In this document: positions 37,622 to 51,953 of the stretch, piece after piece | Layout of the letters: every line of letters starts with the position of its first letter | Position numbering within the stretch: position 1 is the stretch's first letter | From: a virus | Taxonomy: Duplodnaviria > Heunggongvirae > Uroviricota > Caudoviricetes | IMG/VR virus record: IMGVR_UViG_2687453424_000001 | Reading direction: 5' to 3' (one strand) | Length of the DNA: 64,000 nucleotides | Position numbers and translations under genes: made by a program | The notes under the pieces: generated by a model | Database searches by the model: none | What the model saw: only the letters and a program-made list of their open reading frames with translations | What the model was told of the DNA's origin: nothing

Positions 37622-40600
37622 ATGGTGGGGATCATGAATCCAGTTTCGAGAGAAAAGCTCGCGAGTTTGTTCAACTCAGTGAAGCTAGCTGTAGACTTAG
37701 CTTCGAAGCTGGATCTTTCTCATCAATTGAAGCAAACTTTGTTGGAGGAAGACGCCGCTGCCCTCTCCGAGTTCCTTCCTCGCCTCTTCGACCTTTACTC
37801 TGACCCGTCCGGTCCGGTTCGCAAGCTCGCCACCGAGTAGGCTCCTCTGAAATCCCTAGCTCAATCCGCGTTATCTTAGCTGTTTTATTACTTATAAATT
37901 GAAGTATATTTCGTTCTTTTTTTAAAATTAAATGTAGGATTATTGGTGAAATTGGAGTGAAAAACCTCGATTTTGTACCTGAAATTGCACCGTTTCTGAT
38001 AACTGTTTTGGAAGATGCTACACCTGCTGTTGCTCGACAATCTATTGCTTGCAGCATTGATTTGTTTCGTCTTACACTCGAAAAAATTGCAATTCAGGTG
38101 TGTTTACATTCTAACTCATAATTTGAATTGTCTTAGTTCATATCTTAATTTGCTTTTATAGAATATTAATCTGTGAATACTAGCTTTTCAGGGATAGAAT
38201 TTTTCTTATAAGCGAAAACTATTATAGTTATGTCTTTGCTTGCTGTTACATTGTGTTAATTTGAGTTCATCGAGTTTCCATGAGGTGATAATTTGGCATT
38301 ATTTTAAGCTCTGTATTGACCTGTCATTGGGCAGTAGGCTATTCGAAGCCTGCTAACTTTCTGATGTACCCTTTACAAGTTCACATGCTTATTATCTTTG
38401 TTTCAGGGTCTATACTCTAGTGAATTGGACAGTGATCTTGAAGCATCATGGTCATGGATGTTAAAGCTAAAGGAGAAGATATACTCTATAGCTTTTCAGG
38501 TAGGAATTGATTTTTTTAGTTTCATGAAAACTGAAATTTGTTCATTGCCTGATTAATTGTAAAATTTGATCAGCCAGGAAGTGGTGGGATAAGATTGGTG
38601 GCACTGAAGTTTGTTGAAGCAGTTATTCTGCTTTATACTCCAGATCCTACTGGCTCTCCAGAGGCCCCTCCTGATGAAGGTAATTAATTTAGATTTTCTC
38701 TTCAGTGTTGGCAGGCTTGAAGATTGTCATTTATATGTTATTATACTAGCACTAAGTGTTTTTTATATCTTCTATTCAATTGATTTTGTAGGAACTCCTG
38801 TAGAATTTAATGCAACTTGGCTTTGTGGGGGCCATCCTTTACTCAATGTTGGGGATTTGTCGATTGAAGCTAGCCAACAGTTGGGTTTGTTGCTTGATCA
38901 GCTTAGATTTCCAATAGTAAAATCTCTCACCAACTCGGTGATTGTTGTGCTTATTAACAGGTATGCTGTCTACTCTCTTGTTTGTCAACTGCAACTTATT
39001 TCCTGGCATTTAGTACATCAGGATATATGGAATCTCTATCTCTAATCCTGACGTGAATAAGTAGGAAATGCACATCTCTGTAGAATTGTTATAATTTCCA
39101 ATACTTGTGTAATGAAGAGAATTGAAAATTTTATATGTAAAATAGTTTCATCACAAGTCATGTGTGGGAAAAGTATTATGGTGTACTTTTATCTGTTAAT
39201 ATAAATCTTTAAAAGTGCACCTTTGTTACTGTACTTAATTTAAGACATCAACCTCACTTCAAATTGTGCTTCACACTTTTGGTTTTATTGCTGCGTTTAC
39301 TTTCTAGTTTTTCAATTTGTTTTCATCTTGTCTTGTCTTTGATGTCAGTCTTTCAGGTATTGCAAAGAAACGGCCTGCATATTATGGACGTATTCTATCA
39401 GTTTTGCTTGGTTTGGATTCCCCAAGTGTTGTTATCAAAGGGGTTCATGTCTATGGAGCACATCATGCTTTAAAAAATGCCTTACTCTCCTGCTTGAAAT
39501 GTACACACCCAAGTGCTGCGCCGGTATTTATTTTATACTAAACATGCTCTTTTAGTGAGGTTGCATCTCCCTTCCATACTTTGGTGTTTCTTTTACATTT
39601 TACTTAATCAATGATGATGTATATTATACTTGCTTTTCATGTACCTTAAAAGTATGGGAATTTGTGAGTTGAATAGGTAGTGGATTTTATTTCGGAAATG
39701 GTGAATGGGTCCATTAAACTGTTTGACATGTGCCTTTTTCTTTTCTAATCAATGATTTGAAAGATGTCTAATGAGTTTAGTACACTGAGCGTGTTTCTTA
39801 ATAAGGTACCCATTACTTATTCTGTACTTGTTTACTTAGCATTATCTACAGTGAATAAGCACTCTTTTTACTTAGCATCCACTGCACACAAAAGTTGAGT
39901 GCCTTACCCACTTTTGATATGTACTTTGTTTTTGGTTTATACAGTGGAGGGATCGTGTACTTGGTGCCTTGAGAGAGATGAAAGCTGGAGGACTAGCAGA
40001 GCCAGCTCTAAACCAAGTTCTTAAAACTAATGGAAGTGTGGAAGAGGGAAAAGATGATTCTTCGGTTATTAAGGTATCAACACTGTTGTTGCCTGTATTC
40101 TATGATTTTTGGCATCTGTATGTGCTGCCTTGTGCAATCTTATGTTAGCACATGGACGTATATGCATATGTATGGGACTTTTAATAATAGGTTTCAGAAC
40201 TTACAGGAAGAAAAACCCTTGGTTAGAGCACGTGATGCTGCTGGTAGCAATATGGGGAGGAAAAGATCTGTAACTGAGGACAGTAGTGATTTGGCTGAAA
40301 ATGATGATGTGTCTGGCAAACGTGTCAGGTCAACACCTAGTGTCTCAGAAGAGTCAACAAAAGAGTTAAACAGGAATACTACTACGTCTCAGGGTGACAT
40401 TTGTTCAACTCAACCAACCATTAATAAAGGAGATGTTGATACTGGACCGGTCCAGCAACTTGTTGCCATGTTTGGTGCCTTGGTTGCTCAAGGAGAAAAA
40501 GCTGTGGGATCTTTGGGGATTCTTATTTCAAGCATATCTGCTGACTTGCTGGCTGAGGTAGTGATGGCTAACATGCGTAACCTTCCTCCCGATCATCCTC

Positions 40601-43600
40601 ACACTGATGGGGATGATGAATTGCTGGAGAACATGAGCATAGTTGGAAGTGACACTCAAGCCAAGTATCCACCATCATTCTTAGCTGACGTTGTTTCGTT
40701 GTCGAGTACTTTCCCCCCAATAGCCTCACTGCTAAACTCCCAGCTGTCTGTTTCCAATAAAATAGTGGTATGATTTTTTCCATCAGGAGATGTTATACAC
40801 ATGATAAAGACCACAATTAATGCATACAACTCATGTCTATAAAGTTGCAATTAGGTTTTTAGTGGATGCCTAATTATTTTTGATGGATTTGGAGGGCTTA
40901 AATTTGTTTTTGACTGTACCAAAGATGGGCCTATAAACAAATGCATAAATTTGTTGTAGGGTCAGTTGTCTTGACATCAACACCTTTCTTGTCTTTAATT
41001 TTGCCTGTATCATTTGTGCATTCCTGTTTGTTCTTGGTCCAACTTCTTTGTGGTTTATACTTTTCAATGCTTTTGTGATCTGTGGTGCTTATTTGCTTTG
41101 TTAACATGTCTATTTTGTTGAAGATACAGAAAACAGAAGGGGAGGAAGAAGTTGATGTTGTGGCTGGCCCTAATAATGCTGTTGCATATGCTGGCATGGC
41201 TCACGAAGCCGAACATGCTCTTTTGGCTACTGATTTACCAGTTTCTTCTGACATTGTTTTGCCTGGAAAGGTGAAGATTGATCTACCTCCTCCATCTGAT
41301 ATCCATGATGTGGGGTATCTTGAAAGTGAGATACCTGGCTTGGATTCTTCTGTTCGTACTGATGGATTGTCAGACACCCAAACTGCTTCTTCATTGGTCT
41401 CTACTGATCTAGAAGATGCTAGTCAAGAGCAAGTTACTAGTTTTGGTGGAAGGTCACCACTGCATGTGCTTCCATCAATTTCAACAGATAGGTCTGAGGA
41501 GCTTAGTCCAAAAGCAGCTGTTATGGATTCCAACAGCCTGATTTCCTCAACAGCAACTTCTGTTGTTTCGTCTTATATTGCCTTGCCCAAGATGTCAGCA
41601 CCTGTTGTCAATCTTTCTGATGATCAGAAGGATGATTTGCAAAAGTTGGCTTTTATACGTATCATTGAGGCATATAAGCAAATAGCTCTATCTGGAAGTT
41701 TGCAAGTTCACTTTTCTCTGCTTGCTTATCTAGGAGTCGAGGTTGTAGTTCTGACTTTTCAATGATGTTTATATCTTTCTACTGATAGCATCTAGTTGGG
41801 ATATATTTGTTATTATAATGTCCTGCTAGTTTTGACATTCTGTATTAAATATGTTTATGCCTTTCTTTTATCAGTTGCCGTCGGAGTTAGACCTACAGAA
41901 ACTGCTACGAGAACACGTTTTGTCAGATTATATAAATCACCAGGTAACTGGATATGCCAACCTCTATTCATGTTTGGATGTGCCTCAATTGTTGACTAGA
42001 CATGACTTTAATTACGACTTTATAGCTGAAACATGATGGAAGGAAATCAAATCCTATTGACATCATCTCTCTCTCTTTTCAATCTATCTTTCTATCTATC
42101 ACATGTATGATTTAGCATTTTTCAACATATGGTCTAATACACTGTTGGAGCAAACACTTCCTGACAGCGGAGACCATCATTATCTTTTAGTATCACCTCA
42201 ACCTTTCAAATCTGCTCATTTTTACTTGTTTTTGTTGTCAATTGATTTTTCAAAGGAATGCTTTGTTGTTCATTAAATTCATCCAAAATCCATGCTAGCT
42301 GACAATAGTTGTTGGATGGCTCAGGGACACGAGTTGACATTGCGTGTCCTCTACAGGTTATTTGGCGAGGCAGAAGAGGAAAGCGATTTCTTCTCATGTA
42401 CAACTGCTGCTTCTGCATATGAAACATTCCTTCTGGCTGTTGTATGTATTAGTTTTACTATGCCTATCTGGTTCTTCCCCTGAGAAGCCCATCTTTCTGA
42501 GGAAATTTCTGTAAATGCAGGCCGAAACTCTTAGGGACTCTTTTCCACCTTCAGACAAATCTTTAAGTAAACTTCTTGGTGAAGCTCCTCGCCTGCCAAA
42601 GTCAGTTTTGAATTTATTAGAGTGTTTGTGTTCTCCTGGAATCTCAGAGAAAGCTGAGAATGAGTCACAAAGCGGAGATAGAGTTACTCAAGGCCTCAGC
42701 ACTGTATGGAGCCTAATTCTACTGAGACCTCCCATTCGTGATGTGTGCTTGAAAATTGCTTTGAAGGTTTGTGATTTTTCTTGGATAATGGAGCTTAATT
42801 GAAGTTTCATTTCCTTATCTTCTGTTTGACTTTTATTTTCTCTTTACCTCTTAAAGAGTGCAGTTCATCACTTGGAGGAAGTCCGAATGAAAGCAATACG
42901 TCTGGTAATTGTTCACAACTTGCCATTTAAGTAATTAGTGGCTGCTTTCTGTGATCGATTTTATGATTGAGGATGTCTTTCATTTTATAGGTAGCAAATA
43001 AGCTTTATCCTTTATCATCCATTGCTCAACAAATAGAAGATTTTGCAAGGGAAATGCTGCTCTCTGTAGTAAATGGCGATGGTATAGAAAGAACAGATGC
43101 TGAAGGATCCATTACTGAACCACAAAAGGTAACCATATCAGACCTTTGTGATTTAAAATGCTTTTGTCTCCAACTTGATTATGTACGGTTTGTTTTGCAT
43201 AATTCAGAAAATTTTTTATATCTGGTTGAAATTGGAATACTGTGATGTTGTTTTTGAACACTATCTGGTTGTGAGAACATTGAAGGAGTATATGTTCACA
43301 CAAATATATGGATGTATAGTTATGTATGTGTGTTTTCCTATATATGGAGTTAATTACATGAAACTATTACCAGGTGCAAAAAAATGTCAGGAGCTACTAG
43401 TTGTCTTAGAATTTCCTGTGTTGTATATGCATTTTCCTTTTTTATCTTTTCTCTTCTTTTTTGGAGGGCTGGGGGTGTTGGGTGTGGGGAAGGGAAAGGA
43501 AGGAAGAGGTAAATTGTCTTTGCTGTCCGGTGCGTGATTAAATTTTAGCTATTTTCTTTGCTGGTTAGTAGTCAAGCCTGGACATTATCTATCATTGGAC

Positions 43601-46600
43601 ATGTCACCATGCCAGTGATCCTTAAAAGTATCCTCAGGCTAAATCAGAAATGCGTGTACTCCATCTTTTAAGAATTGGAATGTTACATTCAGGTCATGCT
43701 CTTCTAACAACTTTGAGTTTTCGTTAGGCAATGATGTGTATTGACCATTTTCTTTTCTTAAAAAAAAAGGATTTATGTCAACCCAGGAATATAAATTATT
43801 TTATTTCCTCAGCTTCCTTGGTTAAGAAAAATGCTTAAATACTTGACAGGCTGGCAGGGTAGTGATTCAAAATTGACTAGAAACTGTGTCATTTAAGTAA
43901 AGCTTTTTAGTTACCTCTTGAGAGTTATGTAATGACTTCAGTTGTATGTCTTGTTGATTTTCTTAGTTGAGTTCTATTTGCAACTTTTAACAGGAATCTG
44001 ATTCAGAAAAGCCATCAAATGAGCATCAGTCAATGAGTTCCATTGGTAAAGACATCTCTGCTGATGTTCATCAGTCAGAAACATCTCAGAGTGTGTCATC
44101 CCTTTCTGTTCCTGAGGCTCAACAGAGCATGTCACTTTATTTTGCTCTGTGTACAAAGGTGTTACCCCTTCTTTTTTATTTTGAGTGCTTGATTCTTGAG
44201 ATTACTATTTTTGAGTGCCTGTTTCTTCATAATCCTCTCAAGGAATTAATATTTTGCTGTTATTATTCAACAGAAGCACTCTCTCTTTCGCCAAATATTT
44301 GTTATCTACAAGAGTGCATCAAAGGCAGTTAAGCAGGTTTGGTTAATGCATTTTGGAATCTTATTTTAGGAATTTATTAAAATCCTTGGTATTATTGCTT
44401 TGTTTTTCTTCTTATTAGTTGGGCAATGCAGGCAATCCATCGTCATATTCCCATACTAGTTCGTACCATGGGCTCGTCATCTGACCTCCTTGAAATTATT
44501 TCAGATCCTCCTAGTGGAAGTGAGAGTCTTCTTATGCAGGTTGTGAAAGTTAAGTAACCTATATAGTTTTCTGAGAACCAATCAGAAGTTCAAAAGTTCT
44601 CTAACTGTTTGCCTTTTCTGTTATCCACCTTCCCTCCCGTCATGCCAGGTTTTGCATACACTGACAGATGGGACAGTTCCTTCTGCAGAATTAATGTTCA
44701 CCATTAAGAAGTTATTTGATTCAAAACTAAAGGTACGAGTAAATTGTCTTTTGTTAAGAACCGGAATGCAGTGAGGATATTGGCTAATGCGCGGTTGATT
44801 CGGATTGGTGACAGGATGTTGAAATTCTAATTCCAGTATTGCCATTCCTACCAAGAGATGAGGTTTTTCTCCATTCTCTGATAATTTCCTTTCTCATTGT
44901 CTACGAGCATGGTTGTTTTGCAGAAGAATGTTGAGTTGTTCAACTGTCTCGTGTAAATGGATTATATCTGTGAGGAATGCGACTCTTGTCTGGACAAGAC
45001 AACATATTGCAATATAAGTTTCAAGTCCATGCTAAAAGGAGATCCTTGGTCCATTCATTTCTTATTTTGTGGGTAAATTAGTTATATTTTGAGTTAGAAA
45101 TGAAAAATAAAAAATGAAAAGTATGTGGATATTCAAGAAAAAAGGGATTTATAATGCTGACAGCACAATTCTTTTTTACTAGAATGTAAGGCTAAGCCAT
45201 ATTAAATACAGATGAAAGTTTGGGCTCAGGGATGCCCTCACTACAAAAGATTTCATGTCAAGACGATACATCACAGCTTATTGCTTTGATATCATAAACG
45301 AGTCTTAACCTTTGCTAGATTCCCTGTCCTTTACCCTCCTTTCATTAATTTAGAATCAACACAAAAATGCGATATTAGAGTTTAAAACATATGTTATTTA
45401 TGAGAAAGTGCATGGTAGTATAATATTGTCAGTATGGCAACTAGAAGTTGTTAATGGCATTAGCAGCAGTGGTTCCATTGTGTCTCTTCCATATATTTGA
45501 TTAAAAAATTTGGATAATATTGTTGTATATGTTGACTTTTGGTGAAGACAATTGTTTAAGGAAGAAAGCAAATTCTTGTTCATGCTCTTTCTTCATGCTT
45601 TTGAGAATTTCATTCTCAACAAATTTATTCTGTTCACTTTCTGCTTGATTATGCCTAGTTTAAATTTTTAATAAATAGCTTCCCCAACTTTCTCTTGTTT
45701 AAGAGGTGCTCTTTGAATGCATTGTATTGGTTTTCATTGGTGTTACCTTAACTTTCTCTGCTGCATTTGTTTTAATAGTTTGTGTTTTTAGGTTTTGCTG
45801 CTCTTTCCACATCTTGTAAATCTTCCGCTGGATAAGTTCCAAGCTGCACTTACCCGGTTGCTACAGGTATCTTTTTTGCCCCATGGCCTCTTACCCAAAA
45901 GTTAAATTCCTCTATTATAGCATTGTTTCTTCTAGCTGTCATTTCTAGGAATCTTAATGTATGGTTGCTTGCATTCTACAGCTGCATCTCTTTTTCATTT
46001 TGTAGCTTTCTAAATTCACTTATAAGGAAATATTTCACTAGGAATATTTTCAGTAGCATATGTAATAATATCATGCTGTATTGGCATTGTCCGTGTTATA
46101 TTTTGATCAGGAAAACACAACCTGCTCGTTTTTCAGCTGCATGTTCTGTTTCATTGCTAATTGGACTCTTTGTACCTAGGGATCTTCTCATTCTGCTCCA
46201 GCGCTCTCTCCAGCCGAAGTGTTAATCGCTATCCATGGTATTGATCCTGAAAGAGATGGAATTCCCTTAAAGAAGGTGTGTTTCCTCCTCAATCTAGACT
46301 CCCCACCCCCGCCTCCCCCTCTCCCCCTTTTTTTAAACTTCTTAATGTTTAGAAATTCACATCTCAGTAACATTTTTAAGCTGCAATCAGGTCACAGATG
46401 CATGTAATGCTTGTTTTGAGCAACGGCAGATATTCACCCAGCAAGTTCTTGCGAAGGTCTTAAATCAATTGGTATGTATTATACCACTTCTTTATGTTTT
46501 TATCACCAAAATTTACTAGTCTCTGGCTGAATTCACAGTTGATGATTGTTGTTTCCTATAGGTTGAGCAAATTCCTCTTCCTTTGTTGTTTATGCGTACA

Positions 46601-47669
46601 GTATTGCAAGCCATTGGTGCTTTTCCTGCACTGGTAAGGAAACACCATTTATCTTTGCTTACTTGAAGGGTACTATAGATAATTGTAGTTATTTATTGCA
46701 GAATTTAAAAAGCTTTCTAGGTAATTTATATTGTCTGCCAGGTAGCTTAGCAATGGCCAAAATGGTTTCATGTCCAATAATTATAGATTTATAGTTCAAT
46801 TTTTTTTTATTTAAAAAAAGGATACTCCACTGTCTTCTCTCTCATTTCATCTGAGGAAGAGGGTAAAACCTGTTTAAAGAATTTAACATGATTAGAAAAA
46901 ATATCCATGAGTCATTGATGACCGGATCACTCAAAATGTTGTAGGTGGACTTTATAATGGAGATCCTTTCTCGTCTTGTAAGCAAGCAGGTGACTACTTT
47001 TATCACAACAAGCTGAACCTTCTTTTCTTTAGGTTTCATGTTTATATGTCATTAAATTAATTGCTTATTGCAGATATGGAAGTATCCAAAGTTGTGGGTA
47101 GGATTTTTGAAATGTGCATTATTGACAAAGCCTCAATCTTTCAGCGTGTTGCTTCAGGTGCATGTTTCTTTTATTAACTATTTTAAAATGCATTTTTGAT
47201 CTCCGAATGTGAAGTTTGCATTTTAGAAGCAAAGCCTGTTCTTTCTGTTTGTAATTGTATGATTCTTGTCTTTCAGCTACCTCCACCGCAGCTGGAAAAT
47301 GCACTGAATAGAACTGCAGCACTCAAAGCTCCTTTGGTTGCTCATGCTAGCCAACAGAATATCCGAACTTCACTTCCAAGGTTCATATGAAGAATGATTT
47401 TTTTTCTCTGATTGGATATAAAAGTCTTCAATATCTACACTCTATGAATAGCTCCTTGTCTATTTCTGATCACCATCTCCCACTCCTCTTTCTTTATACT
47501 TTCGGCATTTGCCATTTCCAGGTCTATACTGGCAGTTTTGGGACTTTCTCTGGACTCTCAGAACTCTAGTCAGGCACAAACAAGTCAGGCTCACACCGGA
47601 GATACTAGTAACTCAGACAAGGATGCAGTGGCAGTGGAGAAATCTAAAGAATCATCTAGTGCTAGCTGA
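37622..47669 (+). CDS. ESP4: Symplekin homolog (mRNA 3'-end processing scaffold; Arabidopsis ESP4-like), about 26 exons, roughly 1300 aa
   Basis: Start [38 protein letters not shown]...VRKLATE, then [45 protein letters not shown]... (HEAT/ARM-like symplekin N-domain). Many short exons with GT-AG introns, two large Ser-rich exons (about 40200-40770 and 41125-41740), and a terminal exon ending ...[10 protein letters not shown] with stop at 47667-47669. Approximate exon starts: 37622, 37938, 38407, 38574, 38790, 39350, 39943, 40200, 41125, 41875, 42320, 42520, 42858, 42992, 43995, 44271, 44430, 44645, 45790, 46175, 46390, 46560, 46947, 47080, 47277, 47522. Only the start and stop were checked base by base. 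Confidence 0.8.
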
Positions 47670-48090
47670 GGATCCAAAAACTCAATTTTGGAAAAGCATA
47701 ATCTGACATTGCTCTATAGCTGCCTGCCATGCATTGGATTCACAAGCTCCCAAGTCTGGACTTCCATGCAATAATGTATGCAAGAGGAATGGGAGTGTGG
47801 AAGGCGTAGAAGGCAGACAGTATTCTGTATCATAGCCTTTGATATCTGACACATTCTTATAAATGCCATTGGTAGAGAAGTGCTGGCTGCCTATGCTTAA
47901 AGTATTGATTCGGCAAGAATTTCAGAGATTTTTAGTGAACATGTACAACAGGTTTGATTGCAATTTTGATCAGTTGAAGTAATGCACATAAGGATTTGTA
48001 ACATTGCAAGGAGCTACATCTCAATGTATATACTTTGGTTCACTCCAATTTTTTTAGCATTTCTCATATCATCCTTTGGTGAATTAGCAT

Positions 48091-48110
48091 TCTCTCTCTC
48101 TCTCTCTCTC
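48091..48110. repeat. (TC)10 microsatellite
   Basis: tctctctctctctctctctc in the intergenic region between the symplekin and DnaJ genes. Confidence 0.95.
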
Positions 48111-49363
48111 TTAACGCTTATTAATTTAAAGTTGTACTTGTAATTACATTAACCATGACTGACCTCAAGCTGGTTTACAGCCTCTGATTAAGTGGAAAGT
48201 AATGCAGGCATATGCCTACCCCTTGCCTTTCACTCTGGTCGCGAAAGCTTACTCCATCTTTTCCTGGTGAGCGGATCAGTGACGCAATTTGTAGCCATCA
48301 GTGCAAAACCCAATCTGGTATGCTAACACCAGCCAACATTCTACTTCTCCAGGATCGAAAGGGGAGTGGAATCCGCTCTCAGCGGAACCCAGATGATAAT
48401 TATTGTCAAGTAAGAAACTCTCTATTGGTATTGCATCTATAGTTTAACTGATTGTTAATTAAAAAACAGGGTCTTGCATAACATTTCAGAATCCAATGAC
48501 AGCATGTATTCGTAGAATCTTACACAGGAATCAGATTGGCCTCAATTCTAGGAAAACTACCCCATCAAAACTAGTTTTTTTATCACCAGAAGTAACTAAA
48601 ATTCAACAGCCATGAGTGAGTATGACAGCCTACCTGATTATCATGTGGCTGTCTGGTGTGTCTACTAGATAATGGAAAAACATGGTATTCCCTTTTGGTC
48701 CAAGCAAAGAAACTGTTGTAAGTGTCGAGGGATTGTAATAAAAAAAGAAACCGACAAAGATAGATAGATAGATCCTTCACATGTTCCTAGCATTCCCTGT
48801 CGTTTCACATGGTGTCACTTAACCAAAAACTAGATTTAGCTTTGAACCGTATCCTAACATGTCCAAAGCGAATTCCAACCCACTGTTTGCTATCGAAAGA
48901 CATAACTTTTTAATCTGCAAAGACATGTTTCTGGAAAATTTGTACATTTCAATATTTGGCTTTTGAAAAAATTAAGAAATTTATTTGAAATGAATTTTTT
49001 TGGTATTAAAAAGTATTGAATAGTCATATCATAAAAAGAAAATTTTAAATTTTAATGTAAAATATATCAAAATAAAATTTGTTTGTCTTAATTTTTTGGG
49101 CCAACAACCTCGAAAATTAGTTTGGGCTAGAGAGAATAGAAATAAGCTTCTGACAAATTTGATAATGGGCCTAAGCCTAACCTTCTTTGCCTCTTAAGTT
49201 ACCACCTTACTCTCCCCCATCAATGGCTTTCCATATAATAAACTCAGGCGATTTATCTTGGTGGAGGAAAGAGTTGAAGTAGTGACAGAAAGAAAAGGAA
49301 AGAAAATTCAAAGAGAGAAAAGAAAAATCTTCCAGCAGCGGAAAGAGGAAAGGAATTGGAAGA

Positions 49364-51953
49364 ATGGGCGTTGATTATTACAAGATTCTTCAGGTCGACC
49401 GGAATGCAAAAGATGAAGATTTGAAGAAAGCTTATCGGAAACTGGCCATGAAGTGGCATCCCGATAAAAACCCTAAGAACAAGAAAGATGCCGAAGCCAA
49501 ATTTAAGCAAATCTCCGAGGCTTACGATGTAAATTTTATTTTATTTGATTTTTTTGGTTATTTATTTATTTTTTTAATGGAATTTTCAATTAATTGTAGG
49601 TTTTGAGTGATCCCCAAAAGCGTGCGGTTTATGATCAATACGGAGAAGAAGGATTAAAGGGCCACATGCCACCCCCGGGGGCGGGCGGGTTTCCCGGAGG
49701 GGCGGACGGGGGTCCGACGATGTTCCGGTTCAATACTCGGAGCCCCGATGATATTTTCTCGGAAATTTTCGGGTTTTCGAGTCCGTTTGGGGGGATGGGT
49801 GATATGGGCGGGTCACGTGCTGGGGCGTCGGGTTTCCCCAGGGGCATGTTTGGGGAAGATATTTTCGCCTCGTTGAGGGGCGGAGCTGGAGAGGGTTCTA
49901 CGACTATGCCCCGAAAAGGACCCGCTATTGAACGAACATTGCCTTGCAGCTTGGAGGATTTGTATAAAGGGACTACCAAGAAGATGAAGATTTCTAGAGA
50001 TGTTTCTGATGGTATCGGGTAATCTTTTATTTCTATTTTTTTCTTTTTAAAGTTAATTTAGTTGGGTAATGCTTAGTTTTGCTATTTTGATTTTACTAGT
50101 ATGTGGATAAGTGATTTTCAGCTGGATTTATCTGTAGATCTAAGTTCAATTTATTAGCTTTGAGCATAACTTATAATTTAATGTAGAACATCAATAATTG
50201 AATCCTGAAAGGTTTTTTAGGCATAAGACAAGGAATAATTAACATTTTCAAGCAGCGGATATCTTAGCTTGAGTCGCAAAAGATGTTTACAGAGGTTGCC
50301 GAGTTTGACTTTTTGCGAAAAATGGTACTTGTTAGGATAATATGATTCTATTATTTAAAATGATTGGTTGTTTCCCCAAGTGATGACAAAGTTGCATGAC
50401 AGTTAGATTTGATCCAAAAAGTTGTGATTGTTGAGATCTTATGAGCATTATTTTACATTGTTATTCAATTGAGTCTTTTCTGATCTGCGGTCTTAATGTT
50501 CGAGACAGATTTAGATTGGTCAGCATATTTCAGCAAACAAGCAACGCTATTAGAATAATAAACCAGAAATAAACCGGTCGTGTAAGTGTATATTTTGGAG
50601 AATCATAGCTAGGGGCATTTAACTCTGTTAGGCAAACATAATTTAAATTTTATTAGATTTTCTTATCTGGAAAGGAATCTTATGGGGATTTCTTTGCATG
50701 AAGGTATACTCTTTCTCTGTGTTTGATCCTTCTTCCTTATATAGCAAAAAGACTTTCTTTTTCATTCCTCTTTCTCTTTTTGTTTTTCGGTTTTGGTTCA
50801 CTGTCTTTTTAACTTATGGTCAGTTTTTTAATTTCCTGAGTAATAGAGATACTTCTATGGTATTATATAATCTGTTTTGATTATATGATTATTTCCTATT
50901 ATCCTCAACAAAGCTTCTTTCACAATTTGTTCTTTTTCCATAAAGATTAGATTGATCATGGAGATTATTTGTCCATCTATGTGTTTGTGACCAACTTTGG
51001 GAATTTCTTGATGCTTACTCAAGATTCATTTTTTAAGTTCTCTTTTTTTGTATTTTGCTTTATGCCAAATTTGTAAATTTGGCTTCAGCTGATGATAATT
51101 GCTGCATGTTGAAAATAATAGTGGCTTTGTGACGGTATGTCCCTGTCATCAGTTAGCCTTGCTGTTTTGCTTCAGTTTAACCAGATTATCCACAAGCTGG
51201 TAGTTTTTAGATCAGCACACTAGTTGGAATTTCCTAGAACACAACTTTATATCAGCTTAATTTACCATGTGAATTCAACTTGTCGAGTCCGAAATTTGCA
51301 TTCTACTGAATGCTTATATGCTTAAAACTGTGAGTGCTTACAATTTTGCACTTTGTATATTTATTAAGACTTACGTAGTTAAATTATGGCGAGAGAAGTT
51401 CCTAGTTCTAGCAATAATATGTAGTTTTGGGAAATCTTAAAACCGTGATCTTTTACAGTTAACTTTTTTATTCCTTTATTTTCAAGAAAATACTTTTTTA
51501 TCCCTTTACAGGAGACCTACTACAGTGGAGGAAATTCTTACTATTGAGATTAAGCCAGGGTGGAAAAAAGGTACAAAAATCACTTTTCCAGAGAAGGGAA
51601 ACGAGCAACGAGGGGTTATTCCTTCTGACCTTGTCTTCATCATTGACGAGAAGCCTCACGGTGTGTTCAAGAGGGATGGCAATGATCTTGTTGTTACTCA
51701 GAAGATATCTCTAGTGGAAGCTCTTACTGGTTATACAGCACAGCTGACAACGCTTGATGGACGGAATCTGACGGTCCCTATTAACAACGTCATTAGTCCA
51801 ACCTATGAAGAGGTTGTTAAAGGTGAGGGAATGCCCATTCCCAAGGAACCTTCTAAGAAAGGAAATTTGAGAATTAAATTCAGCATCAAGTTCCCTACCA
51901 AGCTTACGACAGAGCAGAAAACTGGCCTGAAGCGGTTAATGTCATCTCCCTAG
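49364..51953 (+). CDS. DnaJ/Hsp40 subfamily B co-chaperone (J-domain protein), 3 exons, 341 aa
   Basis: Exons 49364-49528, 49600-50018, 51512-51953 (1026 nt, in frame). J-domain [37 protein letters not shown] with HPD motif, Gly/Phe-rich linker ([12 protein letters not shown]...FGGMGDMGG), and C-terminal substrate-binding domain ([26 protein letters not shown]...). Confidence 0.88.

Noticed and set aside
40030-41765. ORFs of 247 aa (40030-40773) and 227 aa (41082-41765) that look like independent genes
   Set aside because: They are the two large Ser-rich internal exons of the symplekin gene read through flanking intron sequence, not separate genes.
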